Of a stretch of 64,000 bases of DNA, positions 47,893-58,524 are shown one piece after another. The notes beneath the pieces were generated by a model. It ran no database searches and was not told where the DNA came from. It saw only the letters and a list, made by a program, of their open reading frames with translations. The stretch comes from a virus (Duplodnaviria > Caudoviricetes), in IMG/VR virus record IMGVR_UViG_3300028887_000083, positions 1-64,000 of that record; one strand, given 5' to 3'. The position numbers and the translations under genes were made by a program. How positions within the stretch are numbered: position 1 is the first letter of the stretch; every line of letters begins with the position of its first letter.

Positions 47893-48498
47893 ATGAAAAA
47901 TCTTTTAGAAAAAACGTATGTTACAATGATGACAATGCTCGACAATTTTGAACGGTGCAAAGAAAAAATTGAAAGTAACGATGATAAAGATGATTGCCTT
48001 TTGGCGATTGAGAGGGCGATTAGTGAAATAAAAAGCCTTGAGGATAAGTATGTGACAGTCTTGGATAGTATCAAGCCCGATGATAATACATTACCAAAAA
48101 TAAGCGGAATAGAAGGTTATGAAGCGTTGCCTGAAATATGGATTAGGGAACTGAAAAAAGGTGACAAAGTCAAGTGGACTTGGAAAAGACCAAATTTTGA
48201 AGAGGATTTGGAATGGAGGGTAGTGTCCATAAATAAAGTCTATAGCCCTTACAATTTTTTACCCGTTATTGCCGTATGTATTCACAACGACAAGTATAAT
48301 GAGACAATCAAACTTCCCGACAATTTTGAAAATCTTAGACGTTTAGATGATAATGGCAATGAAATACCGATAGCGTTATTTACACCAATGTTGGAAAACG
48401 AGGTGTTGACATATCCTCCACATACACATAAGAGAATGACACCCGAAGAGGGGAGAAAATCCTTTGAGGAGTTTGCTAAAAAACAGAATAAAGAATAA
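47893..48498 (+). CDS. Hypothetical protein
   Basis: 201 aa ORF. Confidence 0.65.
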   Translation: MKNLLEKTYVTMMTMLDNFERCKEKIESNDDKDDCLLAIERAISEIKSLEDKYVTVLDSIKPDDNTLPKISGIEGYEALPEIWIRELKKGDKVKWTWKRPNFEEDLEWRVVSINKVYSPYNFLPVIAVCIHNDKYNETIKLPDNFENLRRLDDNGNEIPIALFTPMLENEVLTYPPHTHKRMTPEEGRKSFEEFAKKQNKE

Positions 48499-48522
48499 TG
48501 TAAACATATAAATAATAGATTT

Positions 48523-49737
48523 ATGAAACAAGCAGTAAAAAAAGGTGCGGGAGTCAAGACAAGCGGTCTTGCCGCATTCAAGGCAAAAAAAGGGTTAGGC
48601 TATCATGAAGGTGATAAGGTAACGACAGTATCAAGCAATGCTGACAAACCAATGCGTTGGCTGCTTATGCCCGAGGCATTCACCGATGCGCTGAAAATCC
48701 ACATCCCTATGAATTATGTGACATTGGTGGTTGGTCATTCCAACAGCGGTAAAAGCACCGTGTTGAACCATGCCATTGTAGCGGCGCAGAAGCAGGGAAT
48801 GATTCCCGTAATATTCGATACGGAGAACAATTTTGATTTCACTTATGCAAAAGACATGGGTATGGAGGCTGAACCTGTATATGGTGACGTTGAGGTTGAG
48901 GTTGTCGACCCTGAAACAGGTGAAGTGTCATATATAACCGAACGAAGAATCGTAAACTATGAGGGAAATTTCCTCTATTTCAACAATGCAATCCTTGCCG
49001 AAACCTACGGCAAGAATGATTACAGTACAGGAAAGGAAAACCCCAAGGGGCGTAAGGTTGCTGTTATTGAGGACATTGCCTTCTGTATGAACGAACTTCT
49101 CACCGCACAGGATGAGGGTGAGATTGAAAGCGGTTTCGTCTTTATTTGGGATTCAGTTGGTTCAATATCATCATATAAGAGTTACAAGAGTTCAACCAAC
49201 AATGCAATGTGGGATGCGGGCGCAATATCCGTTGCGTTCAATGGTATTGTGAACGACAGGATACCACGTTCCAGAAAAGTGTCCTCAAAATACGATAACA
49301 CTTTCATTGCATGTAACAAGGTTTGGCTTGATTCAATGAGCAACCCGATGCCCGGTGCGCCTCCGTCATTGTCATTGAAGGGCGGTAACGCTCTTTTCTA
49401 TGCAGCACGTCTTATTATTCTTTGCGGCGGACAGTTGAAGGCGGGTGTCAAGAAACTCACAGCCACTTCGAAGGGGCTGAACTACAACTATGCCTTGCAA
49501 ACCAAGTTAAAAGTGCTGAAAAACCAACTTCCAAGCCCATATACAGTTACATATGAAGGTGATGTGATTTGTACACCTCATGGTTTGATAAGTACAGACA
49601 AGACCGTGCTTGACAACTACAAGAAAAATCATGTGGCCGACATCCTCAAGCACCTCAACGAGACATCGACTAACGGAGAGGTTGTTACAGATGCGGACAG
49701 CATTGAGTATGGCGAGGAGGAAGAGACCGAGGTATGA
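48523..49737 (+). CDS. uvsX: RecA/UvsX-like recombinase
   Basis: GHSNSGKST, FDTEN, IWDSVGS, KGGNALFY, KVLKN. Confidence 0.88.
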   Translation: MKQAVKKGAGVKTSGLAAFKAKKGLGYHEGDKVTTVSSNADKPMRWLLMPEAFTDALKIHIPMNYVTLVVGHSNSGKSTVLNHAIVAAQKQGMIPVIFDTENNFDFTYAKDMGMEAEPVYGDVEVEVVDPETGEVSYITERRIVNYEGNFLYFNNAILAETYGKNDYSTGKENPKGRKVAVIEDIAFCMNELLTAQDEGEIESGFVFIWDSVGSISSYKSYKSSTNNAMWDAGAISVAFNGIVNDRIPRSRKVSSKYDNTFIACNKVWLDSMSNPMPGAPPSLSLKGGNALFYAARLIILCGGQLKAGVKKLTATSKGLNYNYALQTKLKVLKNQLPSPYTVTYEGDVICTPHGLISTDKTVLDNYKKNHVADILKHLNETSTNGEVVTDADSIEYGEEEETEV

Positions 49738-49800
49738 AGATAATTTGGGGTGGATAAAAAATCCACCCCTTTAATAACACTATAAAAATGTATAAGCGTT

Positions 49801-50709
49801 ATGTTCACGAACAGAAAGAAGATAAAATTTGATTACTGTACTGATGATGAATGCGCTATTTTGCTGAATGAATCGAGGCACCGCATGGATTTCCTTGATA
49901 AACTAAAGGATAATATTTTCATAAAAATTAAGGAAAGTGTGGATGTAATGCTGAATGAGCAAAAATTTGGCAGTACATTTGTTTTTGATGAAGAAAATGA
50001 TTTTTTTGGGAGAATGTTCATACATATCATCCTTGTCAAGGTTGATAATATAAACAATGCACGGAATTACGGTGGTAATTATTACAACGAGAAGGAATTG
50101 ACAAAAGGGAAACTTTTTGAAGTTGATTTTGAAATAACGATTGGTGTTAATGATGGTGGGCAATACAACGAAAACTATATCAAAACAATAATAGACCATG
50201 AAATCACACACCTTTATGATGATTTTGAGTGGCAAGCAACAGGCCACAAACCTTTGATAGATAAGAGCGAAGGTAATAAGGATAATTTCATAAGAGATAA
50301 CATAAATTCAAACGATGGTATGTTGAAATCATTGGCGTGGTGTCTTTATCTCGATAACTGGGTTGAAGAAAACGCATTTATCAACCAAGCCTATACTGAG
50401 TTTTCCAATGTTGGAATGACAAGACGGAATGTTCATACAAAAATTAAGTCAACAGTTGCATACAGAAATTACAACAAGGCTAAGATAGATATGGGCTATT
50501 ATATTGGCAACAATAGTGAACAGTATCTAAAAAGCATTTACAATAATATACTTTCTAAATATGGTAAGATTGGAATCCCGTCCCCCGCACAAGAAAACAA
50601 TTACAGAAACAAACTCAGAATGTGGTCGGATAACATATTCAGACATTTCATAAAACGTTACTGTTCAATTGTGTCTGAATATTTAGACAACCTACCTTTG
50701 AATCGATAA
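49801..50709 (+). CDS. Zincin-like metallopeptidase-domain protein
   Basis: IIDHEITHLYD (HExxH) and downstream Y...EENAF; LNE motifs near the N-terminus. Confidence 0.65.
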   Translation: MFTNRKKIKFDYCTDDECAILLNESRHRMDFLDKLKDNIFIKIKESVDVMLNEQKFGSTFVFDEENDFFGRMFIHIILVKVDNINNARNYGGNYYNEKELTKGKLFEVDFEITIGVNDGGQYNENYIKTIIDHEITHLYDDFEWQATGHKPLIDKSEGNKDNFIRDNINSNDGMLKSLAWCLYLDNWVEENAFINQAYTEFSNVGMTRRNVHTKIKSTVAYRNYNKAKIDMGYYIGNNSEQYLKSIYNNILSKYGKIGIPSPAQENNYRNKLRMWSDNIFRHFIKRYCSIVSEYLDNLPLNR

Positions 50710-50794
50710 TTTTTTGAAAAAATCCTTGTTTTTCCATCCGAAAAATAGTATATTTGTATTGATAAGTTAATAAATCTTTAAAACTTTTAAGAAA

Positions 50795-50983
50795 ATGAAA
50801 AAAATCAGTGAAATTTACGACAAATTGATTGAAACAGTTCAGGGCGTTAATGATGACGTTAAGAAATTTGACGGCGGTAACAAGAGTGCAGGCACCCGTG
50901 TCCGCAAGGCTATGCAGGACATCAAGGTTATTGCACAGGAAATCCGTGAAACCGTCAGCGAAATCAAAAACGCTGAGAAATAA
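50795..50983 (+). CDS. Histone H1-like Hc1-family small DNA-binding protein
   Basis: KF..GNKSAGTRVRKAMQDIK..AQE.R matches the Bacteroidota Hc1-like family. Confidence 0.8.
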   Translation: MKKISEIYDKLIETVQGVNDDVKKFDGGNKSAGTRVRKAMQDIKVIAQEIRETVSEIKNAEK

Positions 50984-51076
50984 CCTCAATCAAGGCAGGG
51001 ATGGGAATGGGATAATTTAATCCCATTCCCTTATTTTACAGTTCATATTGTTGTGCCACGTTGATTATAATTAAAA

Positions 51077-52243
51077 ATGGCAGTCAATCAGCCAATACCG
51101 AAAAGGATAATTGAGACAAAGCCTGAAATGGCAGTCAAGAAATACAACACACTCCTTGTTGACGGTTCAAACCTCTTGGAAGTGTGTTTCGCCAAGGATA
51201 AAAAACTGTCTTCAAACGGTTTGGAAGTCGGGGCGATTTTTCAGTTTTTATTACAGATAAAACTTTTGCTGCAGAAGGGTAATTTCCGTCATGTTTATGC
51301 TTTTTTTGATGGAAACTCGTCAGGTCAGTTGCGGTTTAACCTGAATTGTGAATACAAGTTGAATCGAGACAAGACATTTGAGGAGGAAGGTCTCTCCGAC
51401 TATATGAAGGAGGTCAATTCCAGAATAAAGTGGATGGAGAAGAAGATTTATAAGAAGCCCAAGCGCACCGAAGATGAAAAAGAGGCGTTTTTTAGACAGA
51501 AAAATGTTATTTTGAAGTGTTTGGATGAACTTTTTGTTAGGGTTCTCGAGTGTGAATACACGGAGGCTGATGATTTTATCGGCTATTACGTGACACACAA
51601 GGCACCTGAGGAAAGAATAGTCATTATTTCCAATGACAGGGACTTGACGCAGTTGATTTCCGAGGATGTGATTGTCTACATCCAATCGAAACATGAGTTT
51701 ATCAATACGAAAAACCATACCGAGAAGTTGGGGTATAATTACCAGAATGTTCTGTTGAAGAAAATGATTTGTGGTGATACTTCTGACAACATAAAAGGGG
51801 TGAAGGGTGTTGGCGAAAAGACATTGCTGACCAATTTTCCTGAGTTTTGTCAAAGGAAGGTAACATTAGACGAAGTAATCGAGAAAGCCAAGAAAATAAA
51901 CGATGACAGGGCGGCTGAAAAGAAAGCGCCGTTGAAATGGGCGGAGAATATTGTTGAGAGCATTACCGATGGATGTCAAGGCAAGAAATTGTATGAAATA
52001 AATGAAAAGATAATAGATTTGAAAAATCCGTTGATGACGGAAGATGCAAAAGAACTGTTGGAGGGGTTTATGCACACCCCTATCGACCCCGAAGGTCGAA
52101 GCATGACAAACCTTTACAATATTTTAATGGAAGCAGGTGTTGACGATTTAAGAGATGCAAGTGTATTTGGGAATTTTTTCACTGAATTTGGCTATGTCAT
52201 AGACAATGAAAAAAAGTTTTATGAAAAAAGCGTAGCGGAATGA
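51077..52243 (+). CDS. 5'-3' exonuclease / RNase H (T4 rnh/PolI-N-like)
   Basis: LLVDGSN, YK.NR, EADDFIG, SNDRDLTQL, GDTSDNIKGVKGVGEKT. Confidence 0.95.
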   Translation: MAVNQPIPKRIIETKPEMAVKKYNTLLVDGSNLLEVCFAKDKKLSSNGLEVGAIFQFLLQIKLLLQKGNFRHVYAFFDGNSSGQLRFNLNCEYKLNRDKTFEEEGLSDYMKEVNSRIKWMEKKIYKKPKRTEDEKEAFFRQKNVILKCLDELFVRVLECEYTEADDFIGYYVTHKAPEERIVIISNDRDLTQLISEDVIVYIQSKHEFINTKNHTEKLGYNYQNVLLKKMICGDTSDNIKGVKGVGEKTLLTNFPEFCQRKVTLDEVIEKAKKINDDRAAEKKAPLKWAENIVESITDGCQGKKLYEINEKIIDLKNPLMTEDAKELLEGFMHTPIDPEGRSMTNLYNILMEAGVDDLRDASVFGNFFTEFGYVIDNEKKFYEKSVAE

Positions 52244-52315
52244 ATAACCGATGAAAAAATAGTATATTTATTTTGTCAATTCACATTTTGGTTTAACCAT
52301 TAAAAATAAAAACAA

Positions 52316-53287
52316 ATGGATAACAATGATATTAAAAAAGAAGTAAAAATCGATAACAGCGCCTACATGGACCGCTTCAGGTTTTTACTCACCGCAAATG
52401 ATGATATTATTTGCGAAAGGTATTTCAAAATCAATTATTTCAACTATGCGGCTTTCGTTTCGAGTGAAATGAAGAACACTATTGAGGACATCGTCGCCCT
52501 TATCAAGAGAGACCTTGTTTCCAAGAGCCGTATCTATGAATGGTACACATGCGAGACACCTGTGAAAATTACAGGGTTTCTCCCCAACGGAATGGGTCTG
52601 CAGAACCCGAACAGCGAGTACATTACCTATCCTCCTGTTGAACGCAATCCCGAAGCGGTCGACAATACCGACGAGGTACATCCGTATGACGTGACCTTCA
52701 AGTTTGAACTACAGATGGCGCAAACTGTCAGTACCGACAGCGAAGGTAAGCCCACTTTTTCGAACTACAAAAAGATATATGAGGCTATATGGGACGGCAC
52801 CGTTTATCCGAAAGACATACGTCACAGAGTTGACCTTACAAACTCAATGGCACCCTACAAGAACAGGGACTTGAACTTTATGAATTTTGTACAAACCCTC
52901 AATTACCACATGGTAATTGGCAGACAAGACCTTGTGTACGAAATCATCAAGATGATATGTGAGACGTCAAGCGGTGAGGGTAAGCGGTATACCACATATT
53001 CGCTTTATGGCACAAGCACTGTGTCACAGGAACAGCCTGTATCATTGAAGAAGGTGGAGAACCGTATTTTCCACACTTATGAGCGTGATTCCAATGAGGC
53101 GATTGCGTGTGATGTCTATTCTGACAAGGATGGCATCTTGTGGGCTAAACTTCCGACAGGTGCATATCGCAAGGTTGTAGAGTACAGTTATGACCCATAC
53201 GGACAATATGTCAAGTCTTGGGAAAAGGCTGTCAGGGAAAAGACCGATGCATACAGAGCAAGCGTTGGTTTTTACGGAAGAAGATAA
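52316..53287 (+). CDS. Hypothetical protein
   Basis: 323 aa ORF between the exonuclease and helicase genes. Confidence 0.7.
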   Translation: MDNNDIKKEVKIDNSAYMDRFRFLLTANDDIICERYFKINYFNYAAFVSSEMKNTIEDIVALIKRDLVSKSRIYEWYTCETPVKITGFLPNGMGLQNPNSEYITYPPVERNPEAVDNTDEVHPYDVTFKFELQMAQTVSTDSEGKPTFSNYKKIYEAIWDGTVYPKDIRHRVDLTNSMAPYKNRDLNFMNFVQTLNYHMVIGRQDLVYEIIKMICETSSGEGKRYTTYSLYGTSTVSQEQPVSLKKVENRIFHTYERDSNEAIACDVYSDKDGILWAKLPTGAYRKVVEYSYDPYGQYVKSWEKAVREKTDAYRASVGFYGRR

Positions 53288-53348
53288 CGATTATTTTAAC
53301 ATCATGGTACCGCCCCCTCAAAAGGGCGGTACTTATTAACGTGAGATT

Positions 53349-54800
53349 ATGGCTTCAAAAACAAAAAACAGAGTTACAAACTTAAGTCTGTTCAGTTACG
53401 ACTACCAATGCTGCATCCTAAAACTCTTTATGGAGAACTCCGAGTTTGCAATGTCCACCATCGAGGTAATGGACCAAAACCATTTTACGGGCAGTGCTGA
53501 GTTGAGAAAGATAGCAGGCATACTGAAAGACAAAATACTTAAGCTAAACAGGACTATTTCATACGAGGAACTTGAACTCTATATTAAATCGACGATAGAC
53601 GATGCCATTACAGTTGAGAACTGTTTGGAGGTTATGAGACTTAAAATGATGCAGTGCCGTTTCGGACAAGCCGAATTGGATGCCGTCAAAGACGAATATC
53701 ACAACTTTCTCGTTGCAATGGAAACAATAAAACTCAACAATGAGATTAGTGAGTTGAACAAGGATGGTGCATCAAAGGATGATGTTCTAAACCTTTTTAA
53801 TGAATACGACAGAAAGACCACGTTTGCGGAAGTTGTTGGTACACCTGTGGACACTTCTCTTGATTATCTTTTAAGCCTTGCCGACGACGACAATTGTGTT
53901 GTTATCCCCACGGGTTGTAAACCTCTTGATGAGAGGTTGGGTGGCGGCATGAGAAAGGGTGACTTTGGCATTCTTGTTGCGGGTACAGGTATCGGTAAAA
54001 CTTGTGTAACAAGCGGGTTTGCTGCATATGCGGCATGGAAGGGTTATAAGGTTGCCCACATAATACTCGAAGACAAGCCTCAAGATATTGACTCGAAATA
54101 TGCAGGTTACATATTGAATCTGCCCGTCAGTTCATTCAGAGGTAAGACTGCTACCCCAGAAGGAAAGAAAAATTATAAAGAAAAAATGACAAGTATTCAT
54201 ACAGAGTACACATCTAAGATAGGTAAGAATCTTATGACAATACGTGCCATTGACCAAAATAAGAAAATACACAGACTTTCCGTCAGGGATATAGATGTCA
54301 GGCTGACAAAACTTGAAAACGAGGGGTTTAAGCCCGACCTTGTAATAATAGACTATTTTGACCGTATAAGATGTTCGGTTTCCAATGTCGAAATTTGGCG
54401 CAAAGACCAAATCATTTCAGATGAATTGAATGAACTTGCGGTGAATCATGACGTTGCTATGTGGGTGCCGAGTCAGGGTAACAAATCCACACAAGACCGT
54501 TCAACAAAAATCAACATTTCAAACATGTCGGGCGGTTCATGGAAGGGTTTCACCTCACAGATAGTGGTCGCCATGCAGAAGAACGTTGAAGACCTATCAA
54601 CTAAGGTAGCAACAGTACAATTACTGAAGAACCGCTACAACAACGACTTCACACCTATCGCTATCGAGTTCGACAACGGCACATGCCGCTTCGGTCAGGT
54701 GATAAATGACGACGAACCGATTTACGGGGACAGCGATGAAGCAAACAAGATAGCGGACAAGGTTTATGATGAAAACTATAAGTCTAAGAAAAAGAAATAG
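53349..54800 (+). CDS. dnaB: Replicative DnaB/gp41-like helicase
   Basis: LGGG...AGTGIGKT, IIDYFD, SQGN, LLKNRY. Confidence 0.92.
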   Translation: MASKTKNRVTNLSLFSYDYQCCILKLFMENSEFAMSTIEVMDQNHFTGSAELRKIAGILKDKILKLNRTISYEELELYIKSTIDDAITVENCLEVMRLKMMQCRFGQAELDAVKDEYHNFLVAMETIKLNNEISELNKDGASKDDVLNLFNEYDRKTTFAEVVGTPVDTSLDYLLSLADDDNCVVIPTGCKPLDERLGGGMRKGDFGILVAGTGIGKTCVTSGFAAYAAWKGYKVAHIILEDKPQDIDSKYAGYILNLPVSSFRGKTATPEGKKNYKEKMTSIHTEYTSKIGKNLMTIRAIDQNKKIHRLSVRDIDVRLTKLENEGFKPDLVIIDYFDRIRCSVSNVEIWRKDQIISDELNELAVNHDVAMWVPSQGNKSTQDRSTKINISNMSGGSWKGFTSQIVVAMQKNVEDLSTKVATVQLLKNRYNNDFTPIAIEFDNGTCRFGQVINDDEPIYGDSDEANKIADKVYDENYKSKKKK

Positions 54801-54929
54801 TTAATAGTAATTTTTTGTAAATCAAATATTTACAAAATTATTGTTCATAACTTTCTGATAACTGAAACAAATAAAAAATTGTCAATATGTATTGGTATTA
54901 ATCAGTACAATAATCTTAAAAAATTTGTT

Positions 54930-57335
54930 ATGGATAAGAAAATAGAATTAAATGAATGGCTTGATGGCAAACAACTTGGCATTGACATTGTGAACAAGAA
55001 GTACTTGCAGGAAGGAGAAACCTTCGAAGAGTGGATTAACCGTGTAAGTGGCGGTGATGATGAGGTAAAGCAACTCATCATTGAGAAAAAGTTTTTACCG
55101 GGAGGTAGAATATTAGCCAACAGAGGGCTTTCCAAAAACGGTATTAAATCATCCCTTTCTAACTGTTACGTCCTTTCGGTTGACGACAGCATTGAAAGTA
55201 TATATGAGTGCTGCGCTAAAATGGCACGTACCTACTCGTTTGGTGGTGGTGTCGGTGTGGACATAAGCAAGTTGAGACCGAGAGGTGCTAAGGTTAAAAA
55301 CACTGCAAAGGAGACAACAGGTGCAGTGAGTTTTATGAAGACGTTTGATACAGTAACAGGCACCATTGGCCAGTGTGGGAGGCGTGGTGCACTGATGATT
55401 TCGATATCAGTCAATCATCCTGATATATATGAATTTGTTGATATTAAGGCAAATACAGATGAAATCACTAATGCCAACATATCAGTCAGGGTAAATGATG
55501 AGTTTATGAAAGCAGTTGATGAGGATAGGGATTATCTTCTTCATTGGCCGTGTGAAATGGACATCAGTAAAGATGAATTAGACGCTGTAAGTGAATACAA
55601 TACGCTTGTAAAGGTTGATACTGTTTCAGGTCCTGTATACCTGAAAAAAATAAAGGCAAAAGACCTTTTCAACAAACTTGTTGTAAACAATTGGGACTAT
55701 GCGGAACCTGGAATCCTGTATTGGGACAGAATAAAGAGTTATCATTTAATGAGTGCAAATCCTGAGTTTCAGTATGCGGGCACAAATCCTTGTGCCGAAG
55801 AACCTCTTCCTGACGGTGGTGCATGCTTACTCGGTTCAATGAATTTGTATCAATATATTACAGAAGATAATCATTTTGATTATGACACATTTTTCAATGA
55901 CTGCAAGATTGCGACAAAGGCATTGAACGACATTCAGATAGAGGGTACTCCGTTACACCCGTTGGATATACAGACTGAGACCGCTATCAAATATAGACAG
56001 ATTGGTCTTGGTATATTCGACTTGGCAGGTGTACTTATCAGACTTGGTGTGCGGTATGGTTCCAAAGAGGCACAGGAAATAGCGGATAAGATTACACACA
56101 CAATGTTGATAGCTGCATTTGAGAAATCTTGTGACTTGAACGAGGAACTTGGTGTTAATGCCACATATGACCATATGTTCGACAGTACTTTCTACAAGGA
56201 AAGAATCGAACCGTTTATTCCTGAACAATACAAAGGGAAATATCCTTTGAACAGTCAATTGTTGACAATTGCCCCGACTGGTACTATTTCAACGATGATT
56301 AACGCCACATCAGGTGGTGGCGAACCCATGTTTGCTGTTTCTTATACAAGAAACACTAAATCAATTGGTGAAACAGCCTATAAGGTTTATCCTAAGGCGG
56401 TTTTGGATTACTACAACGGTGATGAAAGTAAAATCGACGAGTCTAATCTTCCCGAATCATTTATTACCGCAGGACAGTTAAACCCAATGGAACGTGTTGA
56501 AATGCAGGCAGCCCTGCAGAGAAATATTGATGCTTCCATTAGTTCAACTGTTAATCTGAACGAAAAGACAACGGTTGAGGATGTGTACAACATTTACATG
56601 GAGGCTTGGAAACATGGTTTGAAGGGTATTACCATTTTCAGGGACAACTGTAAGCGTGTTGCAATTCTGACAACATCGGCTCCGACTGAAAATAACGTTT
56701 TGTTCAATACAGTAGATGCCCCGAAGCGTCCAAAGGTTTTACCTGCTGATTTCTATCAGGTTAGAGTTAATGGCGAGAATTTCAGAATTTTTGTTGGGTT
56801 GTATGACGACAAACCTTACGAACTTTTTGCTATGCCTTGTGCAAACTGTGAGAAGATACCCAACCATAAGGGTAAGATAACACGTCTTAAAAAACGTATA
56901 TACAAGTTCGAGTCGGATTATATCACCATTGACAACATTGCGGTAGAACTCGACAAGGATTACGATATTTTCGGCGAGATTGACAAGATTTCGGATATTG
57001 TGAATGAGGGTAAGACCCTTAAGAAGAGTGATACTGAGATAGTCAAGGATGCTGTGTACAATATAAAGGAATGGAGTGAAAAAAGAGAGTACAGAAATGT
57101 TGCACTCCATATCAGTGGTAACCTTAGGACGGGAATGCGCCTTGAAGACATTATCAAACTTGAAGACAAATGCAATGACAATATTGTTTCCTTCAATAAG
57201 GCAGTCTCGAGAGTTCTTTCCAAATACCTGAAAGAAGAGTTCAACGGTGAGAAATGCCCTGAATGTGGTGGAGACCTTGTTGTTGCAGAAGGATGCGTTC
57301 ACTGTAATAGTTGTGGATGGAGCCGCTGTTCATAA
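54930..57335 (+). CDS. nrdJ: Class II (adenosylcobalamin-dependent) ribonucleotide reductase
   Basis: FLPGGRIL, SNCYV, RRGALM, TNPCAEEPL, IAPTGTIS, C-terminal CPECG...C..CGWS.C; no small-subunit gene adjacent; ATG 54930 preferred over TTG 54879. Confidence 0.92.
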   Translation: MDKKIELNEWLDGKQLGIDIVNKKYLQEGETFEEWINRVSGGDDEVKQLIIEKKFLPGGRILANRGLSKNGIKSSLSNCYVLSVDDSIESIYECCAKMARTYSFGGGVGVDISKLRPRGAKVKNTAKETTGAVSFMKTFDTVTGTIGQCGRRGALMISISVNHPDIYEFVDIKANTDEITNANISVRVNDEFMKAVDEDRDYLLHWPCEMDISKDELDAVSEYNTLVKVDTVSGPVYLKKIKAKDLFNKLVVNNWDYAEPGILYWDRIKSYHLMSANPEFQYAGTNPCAEEPLPDGGACLLGSMNLYQYITEDNHFDYDTFFNDCKIATKALNDIQIEGTPLHPLDIQTETAIKYRQIGLGIFDLAGVLIRLGVRYGSKEAQEIADKITHTMLIAAFEKSCDLNEELGVNATYDHMFDSTFYKERIEPFIPEQYKGKYPLNSQLLTIAPTGTISTMINATSGGGEPMFAVSYTRNTKSIGETAYKVYPKAVLDYYNGDESKIDESNLPESFITAGQLNPMERVEMQAALQRNIDASISSTVNLNEKTTVEDVYNIYMEAWKHGLKGITIFRDNCKRVAILTTSAPTENNVLFNTVDAPKRPKVLPADFYQVRVNGENFRIFVGLYDDKPYELFAMPCANCEKIPNHKGKITRLKKRIYKFESDYITIDNIAVELDKDYDIFGEIDKISDIVNEGKTLKKSDTEIVKDAVYNIKEWSEKREYRNVALHISGNLRTGMRLEDIIKLEDKCNDNIVSFNKAVSRVLSKYLKEEFNGEKCPECGGDLVVAEGCVHCNSCGWSRCS

Positions 57336-57468
57336 CAAATAATATCAATGATAATCTATATGGGACCTTATTTAAGGCCCCATTTTTAATAAAGAATAAA
57401 TTAGCGGGAAAATGAGAGTACTATTTTTATATTTTGTGATATTTATGAGTATGTAAAATAAGAAAAGC

Positions 57469-58524
57469 ATGGAAATAAATAGTAATGATTTACAACGACT
57501 GTATGTTGAAGAGAGGTTGACAATAAAAGAAATTGCTGCTATGTATGATGTATCATACAGTAAGATGCGTAGGACTTTATTGAAAAATGGTATAAACTTA
57601 CGAGGCAAAGGTGAGATGGATGGAAGAGTATACAAACATGTTGCACATAATAAAATTGTTTTGAGTGAAGAACAGGTTGACAAGTGCAAGGTGTTATATG
57701 AAAATAACGTTCCTGTTAATGACATAAGTGTTGAATTAAACATATCAAAGAAAGTAATTATTCGTTATGCCAAGGAATGTGGGTGGAAAAGAACCAAATC
57801 GATGATGAGCCGCGAACAGTATGATGACACAAATGACAAGATAATAATTTCAATATACAACGACGGAAAATCAACAACTGATATTGCCAAAGTTTTGAAT
57901 GTTACACATAGAACAGTAATTAATCACCTGAGGCATAATGGTATTGATAGAAGGAGTATATCAGAGGCACAGTTTTCCTATAACAACAAGGAAATACCTG
58001 AAGTTTTGCAAGATTATGAAAAACTGTACAATCTATATGTTGAAGAACGATTATCGAAAAAGGAAATTTCGGAAAAACTTGGTGTATCACCAAATGTTAT
58101 CAACCGCAAACTGAAAGAATATGGTATAAAGATTCGTGGTTGCAATGAAGCGTTCAAAGGAAGGCATGCCGGTTCTAAACATCCGAATTGGAAAGGAGGA
58201 GTAACTAGTTTATATGTGCGCATAAGAGAGATTATTTTCAAACCACAGGTGAGAAGTGTGTTAAAGCGTGATGGTTACAAATGTCAACTTTGCGGAAGTA
58301 CCAAAAATCTCCAAGTGCATCATATCCGTCATTTTTCCGAGATTTTCTATGAAATTCTGTCAGAACATCCTGAGTTGAATATAAACAGGGACAAGGAGGA
58401 ACTTGTTGGTATCATTTCCAATGACCAACGCATGTTGGATGAGGATAACCTTATCACTTATTGTCGAGACTGTCATTTGTTTGAGGTACACGGATATCAG
58501 AGAACAGACCGTAGTGGATGGTAG
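57469..58524 (+). CDS. Free-standing HNH homing endonuclease with tandem HTH repeats
   Basis: About four (LY)...EIA/EIS HTH repeats, HPNWKGG, RDGYKCQLCG...VHHI...NLITYCRDCH. Confidence 0.9.
   Translation: MEINSNDLQRLYVEERLTIKEIAAMYDVSYSKMRRTLLKNGINLRGKGEMDGRVYKHVAHNKIVLSEEQVDKCKVLYENNVPVNDISVELNISKKVIIRYAKECGWKRTKSMMSREQYDDTNDKIIISIYNDGKSTTDIAKVLNVTHRTVINHLRHNGIDRRSISEAQFSYNNKEIPEVLQDYEKLYNLYVEERLSKKEISEKLGVSPNVINRKLKEYGIKIRGCNEAFKGRHAGSKHPNWKGGVTSLYVRIREIIFKPQVRSVLKRDGYKCQLCGSTKNLQVHHIRHFSEIFYEILSEHPELNINRDKEELVGIISNDQRMLDEDNLITYCRDCHLFEVHGYQRTDRSGW

Noticed and set aside
53349-57335. Inteins or introns in DnaB or NrdJ
   Set aside because: Lengths are normal, motifs are contiguous and no intein splice motifs were seen
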